Source: Bacteroidota bacterium (GTDB lineage Bacteria > Bacteroidota > Ignavibacteria > SZUA-365). Taken from it: a DNA stretch of 43,366 bases. Made by a program: the position numbers and the translations under genes. The DNA is taken from contig JAGTUZ010000199.1 in the NCBI GenBank assembly GCA_018224415.1, forward strand, positions 1-43,366. The letters run 5' to 3'. The notes beneath the pieces are model-generated. The model was not told the origin of the DNA, searched no databases, and saw only the letters and a list, made by a program, of their open reading frames with translations. Within the stretch, counting starts at the first letter, position 1. The number at the start of each line of letters is the position of its first letter. Positions 17,001 through 24,792 of this stretch are shown piece by piece.

Positions 17001-18371
17001 TGCGAAGGACGCTCGCCCGACGTGACGGTGATTGTCAATGCCTTGCCCGAGCCGGAAATCGTGGCGCTGACGCCAATGCCAGAGTGCGAGGGTGTGATCG
17101 TCACGCTGGGGCTTGCCCAAAGCTACGCGTCGTACGAATGGTCCACAGGCGCGACGGGCTCAACCATCGAAGTGGGAAAGGAAGGCAGTTTCACTGTGCG
17201 CGTTCGCAGCGCGGAGGGCTGCGAGGCCGTTTCGCTGCCGTTCACTGTCCGTTTCCTGCCCGTGCCGGGACCGCTTGTGGAAGCCGATGGTCCGCTCGAG
17301 TTCTGCGAGGGCGACAGCGTGCGTCTGCGCACAACCCAGGCCTTTGCCTCCTATGCGTGGACCGCCGGGGATACCGTGCGGGATATCACCGTGCGCAGCA
17401 GCGGCACCTACACCGTCCGCGTGTCCAACACCGAGGGCTGCGAGGCATGGTCGTCGCCGGTGACCGTCGTGGTGCATCCATTGCCGCCGCCGCCGGTGAT
17501 AATGCGTCCCCGCACCCTGCTCGAGTGCCCGCCGGCCACATCCTGGCAGTGGTACATCGAAGAGTCGGGAGAACTCAAAGAAATTGAGGGCGCCACCGGG
17601 CAGACGTATCCCGGACTGCCGGATGTCTGGTATCGCGTCCGTATCGAGGATGACAACGGCTGTACGGCACTGTCCGAGCCCTTCCGTTACGAGCAGCGTA
17701 TGGTTGTCACGTCGACGGTCGCTCTTCCGGAACTGAATACCGCGCCGGGCGAGGCCGTGTCCATCGCCCTGCGTCTTCCGGAGCAGAGCAATCTCACGCT
17801 CGCGGGCGTGACACGTTACGAGGCGCGCATTCGCTTCAATGAAAGCATGCTGATGCCGGTGGACGGCACTCCTCAGGGTGACGTCATCGGAGGCGAGCGT
17901 GTGATCACCGTCACCGGAGCGTATCCGACGGGCAGCGATGTTCTCGCGGAACTGCGTTTTGTCGCCACACTCGGCAACGCTGCCGAGACTCCATTGGTCA
18001 TCGAGCAATTCGAATGGGATCAGGAGGGTGTCCAGATCACGCGCATCGACGGACTGCTGCGCATGGACGTGTGCCGGGAGGGCGGTGAGCGTCTGTTCGA
18101 CGCCACCGGACGCATCGCACTCGAGCCCAACCATCCGAATCCCTTCAATGCCATGACGGTGCTCACGTACGAGACCATCGAACAGGGACCGACGGAGTTG
18201 TTTGTCATGGACATGCTCGGTCGCCGCGTCGCGACCCTGGTTGACGACAATCGCGAGCCGGGACGTTACCGTCTCGTGTTCGATGCATCGAACCTGCCTT
18301 CGGGCATGTATCTGGCCGTGCTGCGCACGCCGACACAGATGCGTCTGCAGCGCATGAAGCTGGTGAAATAG
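14058..18371 (+). CDS. Giant T9SS-secreted multidomain surface protein: choice-of-anchor-L-like N-domain, Calx-beta-like domain, 5 + 6 Cys-bracketed Ig-like repeats, cohesin-like module and a Por/T9SS C-terminal sorting domain
   Basis: ORF 13935..18371 trimmed to ATG 14058 ([32 protein letters not shown]). The choice-of-anchor-L-like motifs are GDPDL..L...[45 protein letters not shown]. The Calx-beta-like motif is GNATNGTDY...ILFQPGQ. The C-terminal roughly 85 aa ([15 protein letters not shown]...[17 protein letters not shown]...[24 protein letters not shown]) is a typical T9SS CTD. Confidence 0.9.
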   Translation: [1437 protein letters not shown]

Positions 18372-18439
18372 GCAGCCAGTCGAAGAGGCGATCGCGCCCT
18401 GTGTCTCCCGACACCAAGCGTGTCAGAAGAGGGGACGAA

Positions 18440-18751
18440 TCACTGCGCCTTCGTGAGTTTCAGCACGGCGTCCCACTGTTTCCGTGTGACGGGCTGCACA
18501 GACAGGCGGCTGCCCTTGCGCAGCAGTTCCATGCCTTCGAGTGCGGGGACGCTGCGCAGTTCCTCGAGGGGGAGGGGGAAGGGGAATTCCTTTTCAAAGT
18601 CGATGTCGACCATATACCAGCGTGGATTGTCTTCCGATGCCTTGGGATCGAATTTCGGATGTCCCTGCTCGAATTGTGTGTGGTCGGGATAGCCGCCGCG
18701 GCTGACGGTGGCGGTGCCGACGACGGAAGGTGGAACCATGAGAGACGGCAC
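18440..18751 (-). CDS. EVE (PUA-like) domain protein, C-terminal two-thirds only; probably an N-terminally decayed gene
   Basis: VVGTATVSRGGYPDHTQF...NPRWYMVDIDFEKEFPFPLPLEELRSVPALEGMELLRKGSRLSVQPVTRKQWDAVL matches the conserved second half of EVE proteins. The ORF starts at GTG, and an in-frame TGA lies 2 codons upstream. Confidence 0.6.
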   Translation of the reverse strand: MPSLMVPPSVVGTATVSRGGYPDHTQFEQGHPKFDPKASEDNPRWYMVDIDFEKEFPFPLPLEELRSVPALEGMELLRKGSRLSVQPVTRKQWDAVLKLTKAQ

Positions 18752-18902
18752 GAAGTATCAACAGACTGTGCCGGCCCCGTCAACCGGTTGTTTCCGGACA
18801 ACGGCTTCCCTATTTTACCGTATTGCCCAGCCCAGTGGCAGCGAATTCATGCATCACCCGAATACCTCCGCACCCCACCACGCCCCCTCAGCCACTCATG
18901 GC

Positions 18903-19517
18903 ATGATCCGCGCACTCATCTGCGACCTCGGGAACGTGTTGCTGCATTTCGATCATCGGCTGATATCGCAGCGACTGGCGCGGCATCTGCCCGGGAAGCA
19001 CTGGGACGAGCGGCGTGAAGCGGACTTCTGGCCATTGGCACACGCGTTCGAGCGTGGCAGCATCGACAGCGCTTCGTTTCTCGATCAAGCGTCTGCGCTG
19101 CTGGAAACGGGGCAGTCCCTGTCGAACGAGGAATTCCGCCTGCTGTGGGCCGATATTTTCTGGCCCAACGCGCCTCTGATCGACCTGCTTGCCGGTTTGC
19201 GCGATGACATCCGTCTCGTGATGCTCTCGAACACCAACGCGCTGCATATCGACTTTGCGCGCGAGTCATTTCCGGAACTGTTTGCCGTGTTTCATGACAC
19301 GGTGTTCTCTTTCGAGCAGGGCAGCGCGAAACCTGACGAAGCGATCTACCGTGTGGCCTTGGACAGGGCGCAGGTCGAAGCCGGCGAGGCGCTGTACATT
19401 GACGACATCGCGGCTTACGTCGACGCCGCCACCGCGCTCGGGATGCATTCGTACCAGTACGTTTCCCTTGAGGGAATACGTGACGTGTTGCGACTGCATG
19501 CCGTGTTACAAAAATGA
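18903..19517 (+). CDS. HAD-superfamily hydrolase (subfamily IA-like phosphatase)
   Basis: ORF 18708..19517 trimmed to ATG 18903, so motif I (LICDLGNVLL) is N-terminal. Motif II is VMLSNTN and motif III/IV is SAKPDEAIY...LYIDD. ATG 18849 is an alternative start. Confidence 0.8.
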   Translation: MIRALICDLGNVLLHFDHRLISQRLARHLPGKHWDERREADFWPLAHAFERGSIDSASFLDQASALLETGQSLSNEEFRLLWADIFWPNAPLIDLLAGLRDDIRLVMLSNTNALHIDFARESFPELFAVFHDTVFSFEQGSAKPDEAIYRVALDRAQVEAGEALYIDDIAAYVDAATALGMHSYQYVSLEGIRDVLRLHAVLQK

Positions 19518-19556
19518 AATTACCACAGGATTCCAACCTATAACAGGAATGTCTGC

Positions 19557-20066
19557 ATGAATAAGAGTGTGTTGTTTGCCGTGTTGTTCCTGGTCCTCGC
19601 AGGGCAGGTCGCGGCACAGGACCTTACCAAGGTCGACTTCCGTCTGCGCGACGTAGACGGAAAGGATTTCTCCTTCCAGGAATTTCTCGCCGAAGTTGGT
19701 GAAGGGAAGGAGAAAGGGGCGGTACTTATCACCTTCTGGGCCATGTGGTGCGAGCCCTGCAAGCAGGAGATGAAGACGATGGTCCCGGCGTTCGAAAAAT
19801 ACCGCGACCGCAACTTCCACTTCATCGCAATCAACCTCGACAACCCGCGTAGCCTGGCGAAGGTCAAAGCCTATGTCAAGTCGCAGAAGCTTCCATACAA
19901 TTTCCTCCTCGATTCGAACAGCGAAGTATTCAGAAAACTGAACGGCCAGAGCATCCCGTATTCGTTGCTGATCGACAAGGACGGAAAGCTGGTGGCCAAG
20001 CGTGTTGGCTTCACTGCGGGTGAGGAAGCCGAGATCGAGGAAGACATCAAGAAGATCCTGGAGTGA
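19557..20066 (+). CDS. TlpA/redoxin-family periplasmic thiol-disulfide oxidoreductase
   Basis: The signal peptide is MNKSVLFAVLFLVLAGQVAAQ. The thioredoxin fold has an active site FWAMWCEPCKQEM, plus NFLLDSNSEVFRKL and IPYSLLIDKDGKLV. Confidence 0.87.
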   Translation: MNKSVLFAVLFLVLAGQVAAQDLTKVDFRLRDVDGKDFSFQEFLAEVGEGKEKGAVLITFWAMWCEPCKQEMKTMVPAFEKYRDRNFHFIAINLDNPRSLAKVKAYVKSQKLPYNFLLDSNSEVFRKLNGQSIPYSLLIDKDGKLVAKRVGFTAGEEAEIEEDIKKILE

Positions 20067-21676
20067 GCATGAAAAGATCGCTCCTTATTCTTGTGCTGCT
20101 TCTGTTGGGCGCGGCCGGGACGGCCATGGCCCAGGTGCAGTATTCCGTCGCGAATTACATGCGTTATGGCAACGGCGAACAGGTCATCGGCGGACAGTTT
20201 ATCGGCAAGGAATACATCGAAAACCAGGCGAATGTGAGACTGTTCTGGGACGACCTTACCGTCGGCTTCGAATATCTGCATGATGACCCCCCCGAGTTCG
20301 GTCCACGCTACACCGGCATCCGCAAGCGCTACATCGAATTTTCTCGAGAGGGACTCGAATTGCGCGCGGGCGATTATTATACGCTGTACGGCAAGGGACT
20401 CGCGATGAACCTGTTCGAAGACCGCGGCATCAATTACGATACCCGTCTTGACGGACTGCGCGGCAGTTATAACAGCGACCATGTGCGGGCGATTTTCGCG
20501 ATGGGCAAGATGCGTTATTACGACCTGCTCAATTCCGAGCGCATCGAAACGTATTCCGTCAAGAGCGGACATATCGAAATCACACCGGTTGATTTCTTTC
20601 GCATTGGCGGCAGCATCGTCGGTACGGATGGCGAGCTTCCCTCCGTGTTCGGAATGGACCAGGTACATGCCGACATTCCCGAAGTCATGGCGTCGCTGCG
20701 CGGACTCGGCTTCGAGCTGTTTGTCCAGCATGCCTGGAAGCGCTCGACGTTTCTGCGTCCCACCGCGGATGGGCTTTTCACCTCGGGCAGGAGCAATGGC
20801 AGAGGCCTGTACGGGGGGCTTTCGTACACGGCAGATTTCGGACTCGGCGTGACCGTCGAGTACAAGGACTACCGATTCGACCCTGTCAAGGAAAGCGAGC
20901 GCGAGGCCAACCGTCCCTCACGCGTGCTGCCGATGCAGAACCCTCCGATCGTGCACAAGGAACATGTGTTCACGCTGCTCTCACGCAATCCGCATGTGGT
21001 CGATTTCAATGACGAAGTGGGCATGCAGGTGGACGTGTTTTATCTGCTCACTCCAGAGATCACCTTCAATTTCAACGGAGCCGTGGCCAGCAGGCAGAAG
21101 GGGTATCTCGAGCGGAATGGGTTTCTTGTGACCTACGAGCGCGAGAGCAGCGTCATGCCTACGCTTGACGAGAAGTTCAGTCCGTTCTGGGAGCTGTACG
21201 GTGAGGTGGAATGGTATTTCGACGGTTCGTCGTTTATCCGCGCTGCCGTCAATCGCCGCTACGACGCGCCGTATGAGGGCGGCCTCGCGCACGTTCAGGC
21301 GTCCACCACCATCCCGCTGCGCATCGAATATATGCTCGACGAGGAATTCAGCGTCGGTGGCAGCTTCGAACAGCAGTTCTATCACGACAGTTACAACCGC
21401 GATACGCCGGAATATTTCAACGAGTACGTCTCACTGACCTTCGCGCGCGCGGGACACTGGTCAGCCACGCTTCGCATGGAATACACAACGGACAAGGGCG
21501 ACCCCTCGGGCAAGGATTTCTGGCGCGCCGCGGAATTCGCCTATCGTATCGGCAACTCCCATATCGCGACGGTCAGCTACGGCACCGAGCGTGGCGGGCT
21601 GATTTGCACCAGTGGCGTCTGCCGCGAGATCCTCCCCTTCGACGGGGTCCGGCTCTCGCTGCTCTCGCAGCTGTGA
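20063..21676 (+). CDS. Outer-membrane beta-barrel protein of unknown function (resembles the DUF6029-type barrels found next to tlpA in Bacteroidota; from memory, not verified)
   Basis: The ATGA start overlaps the tlpA-like stop. The signal peptide is MKRSLLILVLLLLGAAGTAMAQ. Strands are aromatic-rich and alternating throughout, and the C-terminus is ...GVRLSLLSQL. Confidence 0.7.
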   Translation: MSMKRSLLILVLLLLGAAGTAMAQVQYSVANYMRYGNGEQVIGGQFIGKEYIENQANVRLFWDDLTVGFEYLHDDPPEFGPRYTGIRKRYIEFSREGLELRAGDYYTLYGKGLAMNLFEDRGINYDTRLDGLRGSYNSDHVRAIFAMGKMRYYDLLNSERIETYSVKSGHIEITPVDFFRIGGSIVGTDGELPSVFGMDQVHADIPEVMASLRGLGFELFVQHAWKRSTFLRPTADGLFTSGRSNGRGLYGGLSYTADFGLGVTVEYKDYRFDPVKESEREANRPSRVLPMQNPPIVHKEHVFTLLSRNPHVVDFNDEVGMQVDVFYLLTPEITFNFNGAVASRQKGYLERNGFLVTYERESSVMPTLDEKFSPFWELYGEVEWYFDGSSFIRAAVNRRYDAPYEGGLAHVQASTTIPLRIEYMLDEEFSVGGSFEQQFYHDSYNRDTPEYFNEYVSLTFARAGHWSATLRMEYTTDKGDPSGKDFWRAAEFAYRIGNSHIATVSYGTERGGLICTSGVCREILPFDGVRLSLLSQL

Positions 21677-21778
21677 TATCACGATTATCGAAAAATATCC
21701 CCACCGCCCCATGCGGGACAGTCGGACGCCAAGGTGTACCGGCGTGTCGCGTGTGCTCGGTGTGACATAGGAACAGAC

Positions 21779-23422
21779 ATGAAGAAAGAAATTATCATCA
21801 ACGCAGCGGAAAACTCGCAGCGTATTGCCATCATCGAAGACGGGCAACTCGCGGAGCTGTTCATCGAGAGCGAGGAAAAGGAACGCATGGTTGGCGACGT
21901 GTATCTTGGCACCGTTGCCAAGGTCATGGACGGCATCCAGGCATCCTTTATCGACATCGGTCTCGAACAGGATGGCTTCCTCCATTATTCGGATGTGGGC
22001 AACGCCTTCCGCGATTTCGGCGCCATCACCGGCGACAAGGACGAGATCGATCGTTTCGACGACGACGATGAAGACGAAGACGAAGACGAAAACGAGGAGG
22101 ACGGCAAGACAGGGAAAGGCAAGGACGGACGCGGTCGCGGCCGCCAGCAGGGCAAGCCCCGTGGTCCGCAACGTCGTCCCCGGCGTCCGCCGTCGCAGGT
22201 GCAGCTCACCCGAGGCCAGGAAATCGTTGTCCAGATTTTCAAGGAACCGGTTGGAAACAAGGGCGTGCGCGTCACCACCGAAGTGGCGCTGCCCGGGCGT
22301 TTCGTTGTGCTCATGCCCTTCGACAACAAGATCGGCGTCTCGCGGAAGATCGCGAACTTCAAGGAAAAGCGCCGGTTGCGCCGGCTGGTGCGCGGCATCC
22401 TGCCCTCAGGGTACGGTGTGATCATTCGCACCGTGGCGGAAGGCAAACCCGAGGATGTGCTCAGAGCCGATCTCGAAGCGCTGGTACAGGCCTGGCGCGA
22501 GATCGAGCGTACGCTGCGCAAGTCGCGTCCGCCGACGCTGCTGTACAAGGACATGAACACGTCCTCGAGTACGATGCGCGATCTCTTCTCCGAAGACGTA
22601 ACGCGTGTCGCGGTGGACTCGCGCAAGCTATACCGGGATTTCCGGGCCTACCTCAATCTGGTTGCGCCGCACAAGGTCGATGTGTTGCAGTATCATGGTG
22701 AGGGGACGCCGATCTTTGACGCCTTCGAAATCGAAAAACAGATCCAGCAGTCCATGAGCCGCAAGGTCTGGCTCAAGAGCGGGGGCTACATCATCATCGA
22801 ACACACCGAAGCGATGAAGGTGATCGACGTGAACAGCGGTCGCTATGCCGCCAAGCGTGAGCAGGAGCTCAATTCGATGCGCACGAACATGGAAGCCGCA
22901 AGGGAAATCACGAGGCAGGTGCGCCTGCGCGATCTGGGCGGTATCATTGTCATCGATTTCATCGATATGGAGCACGAGGAGAACAGGCGCAAGCTGCTCG
23001 ATGAGATGCGACGGGAGATGCGGCGTGACCGCGCGAAATTCACCATCCTTCCGCTCTCCGATTTCGGTCTCATGCAGATCACCCGGCAGCGTGTGCGTGA
23101 TAGTGTGCAGTTGTCGCTCAGCGAGGTCTGTCCCACCTGCCAGGGAACCGGGCGCGTGCTGTCGAAGTCGTCCATGCTCACAGAGCTCGAACGCTGGATG
23201 CGTCGGTTCCGGGCCGCGAGCAAGGAGCTTCGCCTGACGCTGCACGTGCATCCGAGCATGGCGGCGTTCCTCACCGAGGGAACACTTTCCCCGGCTGGAA
23301 AACTGATGCTCCGGTATTTTGTCCGCCTCCGGGTGGAAGAGGATCCGGCCCTTCCCATCGATGAATTCCGCTTCGTTTCCCGCCGCCGCAACCGCGATGT
23401 GACCCGCGAATACCGCGAATGA
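21779..23422 (+). CDS. rng: Rne/Rng family ribonuclease (RNase G-like) with a charge-segregated insertion in the S1 / 5'-sensor region
   Basis: ORF 21734..23422 trimmed to ATG 21779 (MKKEIIINAAENSQRIAIIEDGQLAELFIE). The S1 motif is VGDVYLGTVAKVMDGIQASFIDIGL. Other motifs are GQEIVVQIFKEPVGNKGVRVT, LPGRFVVLMP, the DNase-I-like IIEHTEAMKVIDVNSG, and the Zn-link CPTCQGTG. Confidence 0.9.
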   Translation: MKKEIIINAAENSQRIAIIEDGQLAELFIESEEKERMVGDVYLGTVAKVMDGIQASFIDIGLEQDGFLHYSDVGNAFRDFGAITGDKDEIDRFDDDDEDEDEDENEEDGKTGKGKDGRGRGRQQGKPRGPQRRPRRPPSQVQLTRGQEIVVQIFKEPVGNKGVRVTTEVALPGRFVVLMPFDNKIGVSRKIANFKEKRRLRRLVRGILPSGYGVIIRTVAEGKPEDVLRADLEALVQAWREIERTLRKSRPPTLLYKDMNTSSSTMRDLFSEDVTRVAVDSRKLYRDFRAYLNLVAPHKVDVLQYHGEGTPIFDAFEIEKQIQQSMSRKVWLKSGGYIIIEHTEAMKVIDVNSGRYAAKREQELNSMRTNMEAAREITRQVRLRDLGGIIVIDFIDMEHEENRRKLLDEMRREMRRDRAKFTILPLSDFGLMQITRQRVRDSVQLSLSEVCPTCQGTGRVLSKSSMLTELERWMRRFRAASKELRLTLHVHPSMAAFLTEGTLSPAGKLMLRYFVRLRVEEDPALPIDEFRFVSRRRNRDVTREYRE

Positions 23423-23490
23423 TCCTTCCGCTCCGACGAATGTCGGAGACAGGCTGTAACCGTTTGAAAACAAACGGCTTCCGGTCAACG

Positions 23491-23520
23491 AACGGGGTGG
23501 TGTTCCACCCCGTTTTTTTG
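23491..23520 (+). terminator. Rho-independent terminator after rng (third of three consecutive hairpins)
   Basis: The sequence is aacggggtgg-tgtt-ccaccccgtt followed by a T run (ttttttg). Two smaller hairpins lie upstream: ctccgac-gaat-gtcggag (23431-23448) and ccgtttg-aaaa-caaacgg (23460-23477). Confidence 0.8.
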
Positions 23521-23662
23521 TATATTTCAGGGTTATGACAGCGTTGCGCCAATGGGTTTGCCCGAATCCGTCGTCCGCCTGCGGGTGCGGGACGTCCTCG
23601 CCGCCCGTCCGCGTCGCTCCATTCCATCACACCACCATCCAAGATTGCCACCGGAGGACTTC

Positions 23663-24790
23663 ATGAAATTTACCGCAGTGAGCAGCGATCTGCAGAAGGC
23701 GCTTTCGAAAATCATCAGTGTCGTGCCTGCCAAGTCGACCCTGCCCATTCTCGAAAACGTGCTGTTCGAGCTGACGGGCAACGATCTGCGTTTGACGGCG
23801 AGCGATCTGGAAATTTCGATGACGGTCGTGCTGCCCGTTGGGGGAGAGCAGGACGGTCGCGTCGCGGTGCCGGCAAAGAAGCTCAACGAGACGCTGCGTG
23901 CGCTGCCGACGGTCGACCTGCAGTTCACTGCGGACGATGCGTCCAATCGTATCGGTGTGAAAACCGACCAGGGTGAATACAAGATGGCCGGCGAGAGCGC
24001 AGCCAATTTCCCCGAGGCGGAAGGGATTCAGGAGGATTTTTCCCTGCAGCTCGAGACGGATATCCTCAAGGGCATCATCGCGCGTACCGTGTATGCGGTG
24101 AGTACCGACGATCTGCGTCCGTCGATGATGGGGGTGCTGTTCCAGTGGAAGGGTGATGCCTTTTACGCCGTCGCCACCGACGGCCATCGACTCGTGCGCA
24201 TCAAGCATACCGGCGCGCTCGCAGCAGCCAACACCGAAGGCAACCGCGACGTGATCATTCCCGCCAAGGCGCTGCACATCGTGGCGAAATCGCTCGGTGA
24301 CGGAGAGGCCTCTGTGCAGTTCGGCCGGTCGAATGTCCGTTTCACCTTCAACGAGATGATGCTGACCAGCCGTGTGATCGACGAGCGCTATCCGAACTAC
24401 GAAAGTGTCATTCCCCTCGAGAACGACAAACAGCTCACCGTAAGCCGTCCCGCACTGATCGCGGCGGTGCAGCGCTGCTCCATCTTTTCGAACGCCATCA
24501 CCAACCAGGTCCGCTTTTCCGTCACCAAGGACGAACTGCGCGTCTCGGCGGAGGACATGGACATCGGCGGCGAAGCGCGCGAAGTCGTTCGCGCCGAATT
24601 CAGTGTAGATGAAGATCTTGAAATCGGATTCAATGCCCGCTACATCACCGAGGCACTGCAGCATCTCGATTCGAGCGAAGTGAATTTCTTCTTCAGCGCG
24701 CCGACGCGCGCCGGACTGATCCAGCCCAAGGCGCAGGAGGAGGATCACGACGTCCTCATGCTCGTCATGCCGCTGCGACTCAACGCGTAA
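23663..24790 (+). CDS. dnaN: DNA polymerase III beta subunit (sliding clamp)
   Basis: ORF 23552..24790 trimmed to ATG 23663, which is preceded by GGAGGA. Motifs are MKFTAVSSDLQKALSKIISVVPAKSTLPILENVLFEL, TDGHRLV, YPNYESVIP and MLVMPLRLN. Confidence 0.95.
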   Translation: MKFTAVSSDLQKALSKIISVVPAKSTLPILENVLFELTGNDLRLTASDLEISMTVVLPVGGEQDGRVAVPAKKLNETLRALPTVDLQFTADDASNRIGVKTDQGEYKMAGESAANFPEAEGIQEDFSLQLETDILKGIIARTVYAVSTDDLRPSMMGVLFQWKGDAFYAVATDGHRLVRIKHTGALAAANTEGNRDVIIPAKALHIVAKSLGDGEASVQFGRSNVRFTFNEMMLTSRVIDERYPNYESVIPLENDKQLTVSRPALIAAVQRCSIFSNAITNQVRFSVTKDELRVSAEDMDIGGEAREVVRAEFSVDEDLEIGFNARYITEALQHLDSSEVNFFFSAPTRAGLIQPKAQEEDHDVLMLVMPLRLNA

Positions 24791-24792
24791 TC

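Noticed and set aside
23423-23662. oriC upstream of dnaN
   Set aside because: The region contains three hairpins and a T tract (the terminator of rng). I saw no cluster of TTATCCACA/TGTGGATAA-like DnaA boxes and no AT-rich unwinding element, and dnaA is not adjacent.
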